In this document: one piece after another, positions 8,814 through 18,449 of the stretch
Position numbering within the stretch: position 1 is the first letter of the stretch
Layout: each line of letters begins with the position of its first letter
Program-made: the position numbers and the translations under genes
Notes under the pieces: generated by a model
The model's input: only the letters and a program-made list of their open reading frames with translations
Database searches by the model: none
Told to the model about the DNA's origin: nothing
From: Candidatus Latescibacterota bacterium
Lineage (GTDB): Bacteria; Latescibacterota; UBA2968
Length of the DNA: 64,000 nucleotides
Reading direction: 5' to 3'
Assembly: GCA_965207885.1 (NCBI GenBank)
Contig: OZ242311.1
Coordinates: forward strand, 5,152,001-5,216,000

Positions 8814-10430
8814 CTATTCCCCAATGACCAGAATCTGATTCGGAGACAGATTGCTCAGAGTTTGGGTGCGTCCAGAGGGCCACCAGATATCCAGACGGTC
8901 AATCTGTTCGGCATCGCCCAAACCGAAGTGGAGGCGCGGATCCCCCGAAGAGAGATACCCGGATTGACTTCGCACCTCCCGAGATTGGGTACGACCACCT
9001 GCAGTAAGGGTGACGCGAGTACCAATCGCACTGCGATTTGCGCCCTCTATCTCAACAATAAGCCAGGGATGAGCAGGCGGCGTATCGTTCCGATAGAGAT
9101 GTGGACGGGCATCGGCGACGAGCACAACCAGATCCAGATCACCGTCGGTATCTATATCGCCCAGCGCCGAACCCCGGCTGACAGCGGGTGATGTGAAACC
9201 CGCCGATTCGGAAACGTCTTCAAAAACGCCTGAAGTATTGCGGAAAAACTGATCGGTCTGAGGATAGGACTCGGCAGAAGAAAAATCCGATACATTGGGA
9301 AAAATATGACCATTGGCGACAAAAAGATCCAGATCCCCATCGCTATCCGCGTCGAAGAAATGTGTGCCAAAGCCCAGGGGAAGAGTACTCGGTCCCACAA
9401 GCCCCACGCGGGCACTGGCCTCGGCAAAAACACCCTGTTCTGTATGGTGATAAAAAGCATTTGACTCATAGGAAAAATTGGTAACAATAAGATCCGTGCG
9501 CCCATCGCCATCCACATCGCCAGCATCCACGCCCATGCCGGCCTGTGGACGGCCCGAAGCACTTGTGCTCACACCCGCTTTGAGGCCCACTTCAGTAAAG
9601 CGATCGCCATCATTTCGATAGAGAAAATTGGGCGTCGTATCATTGGCGATATAGAGATCGGTATCGCCATCCCGGTCGTAATCCAGCGAGAGCACGCCCA
9701 GACCCTTGCCCCGGGGATCGGCGATACCGGCCCGCTGAGAAATATCTTCAAATGTGCCGTCACCACTATTCAGATACAACAAATCGGGAGCACCCCGAAA
9801 CCGGTACGGCGCGCAGTAAGTCCGCACACCACTGCGTTCGCACACCGGCTCGCGGGCGGGATCGTACGTGAGATAGCGCACCACATAGAGATCCAGATCC
9901 CCATCGGCTTCAAAATCGAAAAAAGCCGCCCCCGCGCTCCATCCGCCTGCAGTCACATTGGCTTGCCGGGAAGCGTCTTTGAAAGTAGCATCTCCATTGT
10001 TCACATACAGAATATTTTCGGGATAGCCGGTAACGTAGAGATCCAGATCGCCGTCATTATCCGCATCGCCCACAGCGCAGCCCATGCCATAACCCCGGCC
10101 GGGCGCACCTGAAGATTCGGTAATATCGGTCAGGCGAATCGTTTTATCCGTATCATTGCGATACAGCGCATTGCTACCCCGAACCGGTTGCCCGGGCAAA
10201 TTGGCACCATTAACCAGATAGAGATCCAGGTCCCCATCGCCATCCGCGTCGAAAAGCGCACAGCCAGAACCCATCGTCTCGATATAGTGCCATCCGCCCC
10301 TGGCTCCGGTACTGTGGACAAAATGGATCCCCGCCTTCTCCGCTATTTCAGTAAAACGGATAGCATCAGCGGCAACAAAATGGGGCGCGCAAAACAGGAA
10401 CAGGAACAACGCGACGCGAATCATGGTCAT
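8814..10430 (-). CDS. CRTAC1-family protein (FG-GAP + ASPIC/UnbV)
   Basis: Signal peptide; IETMGSGCALFDADGDGDLDLY; YCAP; AGMGVDAGD; HFGLG...WPSG. Confidence 0.9.
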   Translation of the reverse strand: MTMIRVALFLFLFCAPHFVAADAIRFTEIAEKAGIHFVHSTGARGGWHYIETMGSGCALFDADGDGDLDLYLVNGANLPGQPVRGSNALYRNDTDKTIRLTDITESSGAPGRGYGMGCAVGDADNDGDLDLYVTGYPENILYVNNGDATFKDASRQANVTAGGWSAGAAFFDFEADGDLDLYVVRYLTYDPAREPVCERSGVRTYCAPYRFRGAPDLLYLNSGDGTFEDISQRAGIADPRGKGLGVLSLDYDRDGDTDLYIANDTTPNFLYRNDGDRFTEVGLKAGVSTSASGRPQAGMGVDAGDVDGDGRTDLIVTNFSYESNAFYHHTEQGVFAEASARVGLVGPSTLPLGFGTHFFDADSDGDLDLFVANGHIFPNVSDFSSAESYPQTDQFFRNTSGVFEDVSESAGFTSPAVSRGSALGDIDTDGDLDLVVLVADARPHLYRNDTPPAHPWLIVEIEGANRSAIGTRVTLTAGGRTQSREVRSQSGYLSSGDPRLHFGLGDAEQIDRLDIWWPSGRTQTLSNLSPNQILVIGE

Positions 10431-12445
10431 TGTCCCTCTTCCATGCGGCGAATAAAATCCCGAATGAGATTTGCATCGGGATGATCCGGACGAAGCCTGA
10501 GAACCTTCCGAAAAGCGGGCAGCGCATCTTCCGGACGATTCGCCCGCAGGCAGGCCAGGCCCAGGGCGTGTTGAATATCGGCATTCTCGGGACTGAGACT
10601 TGCGGCTTTGCGATAGGTATTAATCGCTTCGTCCAAAAGCCCGGCATCCTCAAAAGCGCGGGCGCGGTTCAGGTAGGTACTGACCTGATCAGGCTGCTTC
10701 TGCAACCACGCGATTTCGCGGGCAATAGCCAGAGAATCGGGGTGTCCGGGACTGAGTCGAAGACCCGTTTTGAGAGCTGATGCAGCCGCGGTTTTTTGCC
10801 CAGTCTGCAAATAGACCATACCCAGACCGAGATGTGCGTCTCCATCGTCGCCCTTAAGCTCAATGGCTTTTCGGAAAGCCTGAATCGCATCCGGAAACTG
10901 TTTCAAATAAGCCAGAGCCTCGCCCAGATAGCGGTGAGCATCGGCATTTTTAGGCGTCAGGCGCACAGCCTCTCGAATGGATGAAAGGCCCTGCTCATAG
11001 CGTCCCATATCCAGTTGCAGACTGCCCAGAGACAGGTGAATATCGGCCAGATGGGGATTGAGACGCAGCGCTTCTCGAAAAGCATTTTCCGCCTCTTCAA
11101 AACGCGCGGCATTTCGATAGGCAATACCCATATTGTGATAGATGAGCGGATCTTGCGGATAGATCCGGCGGGCAGTGTGCAGAGTGCGAATAGCCTCCTC
11201 AAAACGCCCGGCCTCGGTATGGGCAATGCCCAGATTAAAGTGCAAATCGGCATAATCGGGATTGAATTGAGCCGCCTGTTTGAAGGCAGTGACCGCTTCA
11301 TCATAGCGCCCCAGAGCCTCATAAGCGCGCCCCAGATTAAAATGGGCATCGGCGTGCTCTGGATTGTGCGAGATGGCTCGCTCTAAAACTTCGGTCGCCT
11401 GGTCGTGGTGCCCCATCTCGATATAGACAACGCCCAGATTGTAGTGCGCATCGGCATTTTCGGGAGACAGGCGAATCGCCTCTTTCAGTGCGTCTTCTGC
11501 GCGAGTGTGGGATTGCGTATTGGCAAGGGCAATGCCCAGCGTCAGATAAGCAACCGCAAAATCGGACTTGAGACGAACCGCCGTCTGCAAAGGCGCAATA
11601 GCAGCCTCGTGATTCCCCTGAAGATGGTATAGAATACCCAGATTGTAGTGAGTAATGGGATCATCCGGCTTGAGGCGGATCGCATCCTGGAACGAGACAG
11701 CAGCGCGATCGGGCTGCCCCAAACTGGCATAGGTCACCCCCAGATTGTAGCGAGTCAGTGGATCATCTGGCTTGAGGCGCACAGCGGTCTGCAGGGCACC
11801 GAGCGCTTCTCTGAACCGGCGTTGCGCGACAAAGAGCAACCCCAGGTGGCTGTGGGCATCGGCATAATCGGCATCCTCGGCAAGGGCGAGGGTGAGGTGA
11901 CCGCGCACAACATCCGGATCCTCGGCATTGCCAGTCAGCATACTCCGGGCGCGCACCCAGTGGATATACGCCTGAACTGATCGGGTGGGTCTGCGAATAA
12001 TCGCCTCCCATTCGATGACAGTGGAGCTGAGATCAACACCGTCCAGGAAGCGGCGAATCACGCTATCCTGCAGGGCGAATAGAGAATCGAGAGGACCTTC
12101 CACCTCTCCCAGCTCCAGAATATCGTCAGTATCAACCCGCAAAACGCGGGCGGAAATCTGGAGCTGGTCTTTCTGCAACCGACAGGCACCATACAGGACC
12201 AGTGTTGCCCCCGCTGACTGGCCAATTTGCACAGGCGTCTGATATTGGGACAGAGCGGCATTCAGCCGATTGGAATCGACCATTTGCAGTGCCGACACGC
12301 GGCGGAGCTTATCTGACAAACTCCAGGCCATACCCTCCGAGAGCCAATCGGTATTCGCCTCTTCAAAAGGCAAAACCGCGACCACCGGGCGACTGTGAGC
12401 CGACAGGGGCATTATCAGGATAAAAAAGAAAATAATAACGCGCAT
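10427..12445 (-). CDS. Multi-TPR protein with N-terminal TolB-N/CsgG-like domain
   Basis: Signal peptide; VAVLPFE...WLSEGMA...; more than 10 TPR units (ADAHYNLG pattern); 4-nt overlap with the CRTAC1 gene. Confidence 0.85.
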   Translation of the reverse strand: MRVIIFFFILIMPLSAHSRPVVAVLPFEEANTDWLSEGMAWSLSDKLRRVSALQMVDSNRLNAALSQYQTPVQIGQSAGATLVLYGACRLQKDQLQISARVLRVDTDDILELGEVEGPLDSLFALQDSVIRRFLDGVDLSSTVIEWEAIIRRPTRSVQAYIHWVRARSMLTGNAEDPDVVRGHLTLALAEDADYADAHSHLGLLFVAQRRFREALGALQTAVRLKPDDPLTRYNLGVTYASLGQPDRAAVSFQDAIRLKPDDPITHYNLGILYHLQGNHEAAIAPLQTAVRLKSDFAVAYLTLGIALANTQSHTRAEDALKEAIRLSPENADAHYNLGVVYIEMGHHDQATEVLERAISHNPEHADAHFNLGRAYEALGRYDEAVTAFKQAAQFNPDYADLHFNLGIAHTEAGRFEEAIRTLHTARRIYPQDPLIYHNMGIAYRNAARFEEAENAFREALRLNPHLADIHLSLGSLQLDMGRYEQGLSSIREAVRLTPKNADAHRYLGEALAYLKQFPDAIQAFRKAIELKGDDGDAHLGLGMVYLQTGQKTAAASALKTGLRLSPGHPDSLAIAREIAWLQKQPDQVSTYLNRARAFEDAGLLDEAINTYRKAASLSPENADIQHALGLACLRANRPEDALPAFRKVLRLRPDHPDANLIRDFIRRMEEGQ

Positions 12446-12614
12446 GAAAAACTCCTGGACAGTTCAATCCACAATCTAAGGCGTGTATGCAAAAAATGCA
12501 ATTACTGCCTTACCTGAAGAGAGACCAGCGCGAAAAAACAGCGATTCCATTCTATTTTTTTGTTATACTTTAGAAAACCTTGCGGAGAATCACATCTCTT
12601 GTGAACACAGCACA

Positions 12615-15032
12615 ATGAAAAATTATCACTTCTATCTTGCGATTGGCCTTTTTATCGGATTATGCGGGACCGGAATGTTACATGCCCAGGACGCCGAGAC
12701 GATTTACGCCCGGGCATTACAGGCCTCGCACAAGGACAGTGTAAAACAGGCCATCAAAGACCTGGAAAAAATCGCCGGGCAACAGACCCAGCCTGCGCGG
12801 GTGCTGACCATGATCGGACAACTCCATCTCCAGTCTAAACAGGCCGACGACGCTATCAAAGCATTTCGCAAAGCAGTGCAGGCCGATTCGGCGTGCGTGG
12901 AAGCGCATCTGGGCTCAGGGCTGGCTTATCTGGATTTGAAAAACGACTGGCGGGGTGCCCGCCCCCATTTGCAAAGAGCCGTAGCACTGGATTCGACCCA
13001 GGCAAAAATGTACTACCATCTCGCCCGCCTCTATCTAATATCTGAAACAGGCGATGCCGTAAAAGCGGCGGGACGGGCAATCCAGATCGATCCCGAATAC
13101 GCGCCGGGATATCTGCTTCTTGGCCAGCTCTACAATGACGACAAATTGGATCAGGTAGCGGTTTATTATTACGACCAGTACCTCAAGCGCCAGCCCAAAG
13201 ACCAAGAAGCGGCCTACCTGTTTATCCGCAGCCTGGCCGAATCGGGCAAAAAGGCAGAAGCCGAACGCCTGCTGGGTCGGCTGGAAGACCCGCGGGGCTA
13301 TGCAATTCTGGGACAAATACTCATGGAGCGGGGCAATTTCGAAGACGCGCTCATCGCTTTTGAAGAATACATTTCCACACTATCTGAAGAGGAAGGAGCA
13401 CTCTACTGGGATATCTCGATAGTAGCGATACCCAGAGAAGCGGAGGCCTATCGACAAAGCCCACCAGAGCGCCGGAGAGATTTCCTGCGGCGATTCTGGC
13501 TGAGAAAAGACCCCCTGAAAGCCAGTGGCGGACTGATGCGATGGTGCGAGCACTATCGGCGAGTGCTCTATGCGCGGGAAAACTACGGACGAAAGCAATT
13601 TCCCTATGATCGGCGCGGAGAAGTCTATATCCGTTATGGGGAACCAGACCACCGCTCCACTTCCCGCTCATTAAACCTCAACGTACCCCAACCAGTGGAA
13701 ATCATCCAGACAGAACTCGCCCGCCGGCTCTACGGTCCCGATGGTGTACACCACACGTTTCTGGGACCTGTATATCCAGTGAAAACAGAAAGATTTATCA
13801 ACATCATCGACGAAGACAACCCCGAACTGGACGACCTGCCCCGCATGCCCTTTGAAGGTTCCATGCAAGCCCGTGCGGGCATGGCCGCTGAAGACACTCT
13901 GGGATTTTACGGATACAAACCCGTGACAACGGGCATTGCAGGGATGACCGTGAAATGGGAAGTGTGGTTTTACACCCGCATCGGCGGAGGTATCGAAGTG
14001 GTATTTACCGACGAATTTACCTCCGGGCGTTACGATTACGCGCCACCACCTGTTCTGACCACAGAAGACCGAAACCGCCTGGAACGTTTTGGGCACGACC
14101 AAACCCTGCGGATATCGCGACTATTCTCGGAATATTCGCCGGCCACCTTCATGCCCCGCATCACCCGGGACATACCCGAAGTCTATAACATTAGTTATTA
14201 CGAACCACTGGATTTTCATTTTGATACAGTGGATTTTAAAGGAACAGACGACAATACAGAAATTCGGGTATTCATGGGAGTACCCACCCGCAACCTCTAT
14301 GTGCAGGATGCCAGCGACACGGCGCGGGTACAGCGGCGGGTAGCTCTGATCAACGAGCGCTCTGGAAAAGTCTATCGCGTACAGGGCGATGTTGAAGTCA
14401 TGGCACCACGGGGCAGCAGATCCGTACTGGTGGAAGAATTTCCAATGGACGTGCCCCCGGGCGATTATACGCTCGCCGTTCAAGTCTGGCGCCCAGAAGT
14501 GGACTTGATGGGCGTTTATCAAAAAGCTGTACCGGTAGATTCATACAACCGGGATACACTGATGGTCAGCGGCATCCAGGTAGCCCGTGCAGTAGCTCAG
14601 GTAGATTCGGGAACCACGGGCCAGTTTGTGAGATCGGGCTTCCGGGTCGATCCCTCGCCAGGTCGGATATTCTACCAGGAAACATCGTTTTTTATTTATT
14701 TTGAAATCTACAATTTGCTGCGCGATTCATTTGGACAGACGCACTACGAAGTCGCCTATACAGTGCGAGACGCCAACCATACGCCGCTGCTGATCCGCGC
14801 GCTATCGGGGCTGGGCCGGATGCTATCGGGCGGTAGCAGAGAGGAAGTGACGATTCGGTATGAGCAAACGGGCACGCAAACAAAAAGCGAAAACTTTGTA
14901 GAACTGGATTTGGGAGATATCGCACCCGGTCAACACGAAGTAGTCGTCTCCGTAAAAGATCTAAACCGCGACATTGAAGTGTTCAAAACAGCCCGTTTTT
15001 ACGTGGTGGAAGCAAAGGCCCAAAGCGAATGA
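12615..15032 (+). CDS. TPR + GWxTD-domain periplasmic protein
   Basis: Signal peptide from M at 12615; TPRs; FLRRFWLRKDP...EHYRRVLYARENY...DRRGEVYIRYGEPD core. Confidence 0.85.
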   Translation: MKNYHFYLAIGLFIGLCGTGMLHAQDAETIYARALQASHKDSVKQAIKDLEKIAGQQTQPARVLTMIGQLHLQSKQADDAIKAFRKAVQADSACVEAHLGSGLAYLDLKNDWRGARPHLQRAVALDSTQAKMYYHLARLYLISETGDAVKAAGRAIQIDPEYAPGYLLLGQLYNDDKLDQVAVYYYDQYLKRQPKDQEAAYLFIRSLAESGKKAEAERLLGRLEDPRGYAILGQILMERGNFEDALIAFEEYISTLSEEEGALYWDISIVAIPREAEAYRQSPPERRRDFLRRFWLRKDPLKASGGLMRWCEHYRRVLYARENYGRKQFPYDRRGEVYIRYGEPDHRSTSRSLNLNVPQPVEIIQTELARRLYGPDGVHHTFLGPVYPVKTERFINIIDEDNPELDDLPRMPFEGSMQARAGMAAEDTLGFYGYKPVTTGIAGMTVKWEVWFYTRIGGGIEVVFTDEFTSGRYDYAPPPVLTTEDRNRLERFGHDQTLRISRLFSEYSPATFMPRITRDIPEVYNISYYEPLDFHFDTVDFKGTDDNTEIRVFMGVPTRNLYVQDASDTARVQRRVALINERSGKVYRVQGDVEVMAPRGSRSVLVEEFPMDVPPGDYTLAVQVWRPEVDLMGVYQKAVPVDSYNRDTLMVSGIQVARAVAQVDSGTTGQFVRSGFRVDPSPGRIFYQETSFFIYFEIYNLLRDSFGQTHYEVAYTVRDANHTPLLIRALSGLGRMLSGGSREEVTIRYEQTGTQTKSENFVELDLGDIAPGQHEVVVSVKDLNRDIEVFKTARFYVVEAKAQSE

Positions 15033-15910
15033 GCAACTCTATGGAACAAAATGGATTCCGCGCCTTTGTGGTACTCGCGCGCCCCTTCACACTACTGGCA
15101 CCTGCCGTCGGATTTCTCGCGGGATCGGCAATGGCTACCGGCGGAGAGATCCCAACAGCGGGCCTGGTAGGCACGCTGGCTGTCACAATCCTGAATGCGG
15201 GATCGAACATCATCAACCAGTGCTGCGATCTGGAAATTGATCGGATCAACAAACCCACCCGCCCCATGCCCTCGGGGAGCGTATCCATGCGCGGGGCAGC
15301 ACTGCTGGGAACCGCGTGCTATATTATCGCCCTCGGTCTCGCCTATCTGGTACATCCCCGACTGCTGGGCATCTTCGCGGTGGGTGCATTGCTCACGCTC
15401 GCCTATTCAGCACCGCCCTTGCGGCTGAAACGACACGCACTCTCTTCAAGTCTGGCACTGGGATTCGGACGGGGGTGTTTGCTACCCATAGGGGGATGGG
15501 CAGTTGTGGAACCTATATGGCACCCGGCACCCTGGTTTGTGGGCCTGGTATTCGGCCTCTACGTGTTTGGAGCCAGCAACACCAAAGATTTCGCAGATGT
15601 GGAAGGAGACCGCGCCTTCGGCATGAAGACATTACCCGTACTATTGGGACCCCGGCGAGCAGCGTGGATGATACTGCCTTTTCTGGTATTGCCCTTTGCG
15701 CTCATTCCCATTGGTGCGATGTGGGAATGGGTGCCGTCGAGCGCGCAGTGGCTGGGCTTTCTGGCATTTTGGGGCGGGTATGTCGGGTGGTTGATGTTGA
15801 AGCGCCCCGAGGCATTAACATTTGAATCCAATCACATTTCTTGGAAACACATGTATTTGCTATTGATGGCGGGACATGTGGGGTTTGTGTACGTATTTGC
15901 AATCGGCTAA
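15029..15910 (+). CDS. UbiA-family prenyltransferase (DGGGPS/HPT-like second motif)
   Basis: LARPFTL; NQCCDLEIDRINKPTRP; YSAPP; KDFADVEGD; multiple TMs. Confidence 0.88.
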   Translation: MSNSMEQNGFRAFVVLARPFTLLAPAVGFLAGSAMATGGEIPTAGLVGTLAVTILNAGSNIINQCCDLEIDRINKPTRPMPSGSVSMRGAALLGTACYIIALGLAYLVHPRLLGIFAVGALLTLAYSAPPLRLKRHALSSSLALGFGRGCLLPIGGWAVVEPIWHPAPWFVGLVFGLYVFGASNTKDFADVEGDRAFGMKTLPVLLGPRRAAWMILPFLVLPFALIPIGAMWEWVPSSAQWLGFLAFWGGYVGWLMLKRPEALTFESNHISWKHMYLLLMAGHVGFVYVFAIG

Positions 15911-15924
15911 CGCGGAGGTTTGCC

Positions 15925-16884
15925 ATGGCGGCGGAACTGACATATCACGACCATGCGCGAGACTTAAACCGGGAACTGCGGGCGGCAATTTCAAAGGAAC
16001 GGCTGACAGACCTGCACCAGCGGCGGCCCTGGCGACATTTTTGGATCGCCTTCCGGCAGATAGCACTGCTGGTGGGACTACCCGTCTGGATTTACCACGT
16101 CGATTCATTCTGGGCCTGGTTTCCCGCAAGCGTACTCCTGGGATTCGTAATTTTCAGCTTCTCCGTTTTGCTACACGAATCCGTACATCGGTGCATTTTC
16201 CGCAAAAAACACCGCCTCAACGACCTCCTGGGGCTTGTGTACGGGTGGATTTCAGGGCTGGCATCTTCACAGTTCAAGCGGTGGCATCTGGACCATCACG
16301 ATCACCTGGGTTCCTTGCAGGCCGACCCCAAACGCGCGCACCTGTCACCCCGCATCAATTCACCTTGGTTCAAGCTACTTTACTGCACGCCAATGCTATT
16401 CCCCATTTATTTTCGGGCAGTAGCCGAAACCTTCAAAGGCTATCCAGAACAACTGTGCCGCCAGATCAAACGAGAACGCACATTGGGAATCATCCTGCAC
16501 CTGGGAATCCTGACGTGGTTCTGGACGCTGGACCCGTGGTTTGCTTTTAAAGCGCATCTTTTTCCGGTATTTTTTATCTTTCCCATTGCTTTTACTGTCA
16601 ACCGGTTGGGGCAGCACTATGTGATAAATCCAGATGAAATCGCCAACTGGACAACCCTCATGCGATCCAATTGGATATGGAATTTTCTCTATCTGTTTTC
16701 GACATATCACCTGGAACACCACTATTTCCCGGGCGTGCCGTTTTACAACCTGCGGAAATTGCAAAAAGAACTGGAACCCTTTTTCCAACGGAAACAGATG
16801 GCATTTTTTTCCTACAGTCAGGTGCTCTATCTCTGGTTTATCAAAAACCACGCACCCCATACGCAGTCAGACATCATAATATAA
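15925..16884 (+). CDS. Membrane fatty-acid desaturase/hydroxylase family protein
   Basis: Three His boxes HESVH, HLDHH, HLEHH; RBS GGAGG before ATG 15925. Confidence 0.88.
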   Translation: MAAELTYHDHARDLNRELRAAISKERLTDLHQRRPWRHFWIAFRQIALLVGLPVWIYHVDSFWAWFPASVLLGFVIFSFSVLLHESVHRCIFRKKHRLNDLLGLVYGWISGLASSQFKRWHLDHHDHLGSLQADPKRAHLSPRINSPWFKLLYCTPMLFPIYFRAVAETFKGYPEQLCRQIKRERTLGIILHLGILTWFWTLDPWFAFKAHLFPVFFIFPIAFTVNRLGQHYVINPDEIANWTTLMRSNWIWNFLYLFSTYHLEHHYFPGVPFYNLRKLQKELEPFFQRKQMAFFSYSQVLYLWFIKNHAPHTQSDIII

Positions 16885-16897
16885 AACAAGAGGAGCC

Positions 16898-18448
16898 ATG
16901 AAAACGCTTCTGCTTTTTGTGCCCTCTGCTGCGGCGATAGCCCTGCTGATGTGGCACGCCTGGTCCCATCGGGGCCGCCGCATTGCGCTGAGTTTTTTCA
17001 TCTCGGCATTTCTATTTGGTGTCGTGCGGGGAAATGTGATTCACTGGATCACAGTGGAATCGCAGGGCGGCGTGATGCCCTATGTATTCACGCAGCCGGT
17101 AGTACAAATTTTTTCAGCGTCTCTACAAGCGGTAATCGGATGGATTTTTGCCCTCTATGTGAGTTGGTGGCTAGCCGAGCGGGTGCTGGCACGGATACCC
17201 GCGCTTAAAGGCGATTTAATGGCCACTGTAGGGATGACTTGCGTGGGAATGGCAGCCGTGGGATATGGGGTAGAAGGCGGAGCGGCGGCCGCGGGCTGGT
17301 GGCTGTGGAGCATACCGACGTACAATCGTTTCTTTGCAGGTGTGCCAACCGTGGGAATAGCGGAGTGGTTTGCGGTGGGATTCGAGTTCTTTATCCCCTA
17401 TTTTCTGGCATTCTGTACGCCCTATCGGCGCAGGGTCTGGGCGCACGCGCTGTGGGGCGTATTTCTTTTTCACCTGTCTTTACACCTGTTTTCCGAGCCG
17501 ATTTCACGCGCGGTACCCACGCAACCCTTTGTAATCTGGCACTGGATAAGCATCCTGACTCTGGGCGTTCTGGCACTGACCGGCGCAGGCTCAACAACCT
17601 TGGAAACAGCCGAAAGCAAGCAAAGGTCTCGGCATGAATTGATGTGGGTGTGCATAGGGCTGTTCACAGCGGTAATGATCGTAGCGCAGGTGGGCATTGG
17701 CGGACGACCAGATCTGTTAATTTCGCTGATTCCCCTCGCCCTGCTATGTCTCATGGCATTGCCAAAAGTATCCATGCCCTATATTCTGGCTTCTGCGGTT
17801 ATCGCCTGGGTAGCTGAGGGATTCGGTACAGGTTTTGTCACATCACCGGTAGCCGCGGTCTTATTCCTGCAGGGCCGTGCCTGGTGGGGCAGGCAATGGC
17901 TTTTCCGCATCGGCGTAGTCGCATTATTTGTGGGCATCGGATTGGGCGTTTATCGCTCGGGAGTGGCATTGAGCCGACAGTGCGCGGTTTACATGATGCA
18001 CCTGGAGCGGGCGGCGCGCCACGCGGGAAATGGTCGGATGGACCTGGCCGCGCGCGAGCAAGCAGCAGCCGACGCGCTGGCTCCCGGAGATGTAGAAGCC
18101 TATTTGCAAATCGGATATGCACTGAATCGGCGGGGATTTCTCGGCCTGGCCATTGCCCAGTTTCGAAAAGCCCTCGACCTGGAACCCACGCTTTTCACAG
18201 CGCATTACGATCTGGGAATGGCTCTGGAAAGATTCCGAGATACGGCGGGTGCAGAAGCGTCATTTCGCCGCTCAATCGAGCTGTCACCCCGGTTCTACGA
18301 TGGCCATGTGAAGTTGGGAACGCTATTGCTCAATCAGGGTCGCACGGACTCGGCACAGGTGTATTTCGAACGCGCGGTTCAAATCGACCCGACCCATCCA
18401 GATGCGCGGCGGGGCCTGCAAATGATTCGGAATATAGAAGTCAAATAA
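16898..18448 (+). CDS. CruF/DUF422-like membrane domain fused to C-terminal TPRs
   Basis: PYVF...IGW...SWWLAE and GWWLW...FFAGVP...EWF resemble the carotenoid hydratase family; about 4 TPRs at the C-terminus; RBS GAGGAG. Confidence 0.6.
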   Translation: MKTLLLFVPSAAAIALLMWHAWSHRGRRIALSFFISAFLFGVVRGNVIHWITVESQGGVMPYVFTQPVVQIFSASLQAVIGWIFALYVSWWLAERVLARIPALKGDLMATVGMTCVGMAAVGYGVEGGAAAAGWWLWSIPTYNRFFAGVPTVGIAEWFAVGFEFFIPYFLAFCTPYRRRVWAHALWGVFLFHLSLHLFSEPISRAVPTQPFVIWHWISILTLGVLALTGAGSTTLETAESKQRSRHELMWVCIGLFTAVMIVAQVGIGGRPDLLISLIPLALLCLMALPKVSMPYILASAVIAWVAEGFGTGFVTSPVAAVLFLQGRAWWGRQWLFRIGVVALFVGIGLGVYRSGVALSRQCAVYMMHLERAARHAGNGRMDLAAREQAAADALAPGDVEAYLQIGYALNRRGFLGLAIAQFRKALDLEPTLFTAHYDLGMALERFRDTAGAEASFRRSIELSPRFYDGHVKLGTLLLNQGRTDSAQVYFERAVQIDPTHPDARRGLQMIRNIEVK

Positions 18449-18449
18449 G

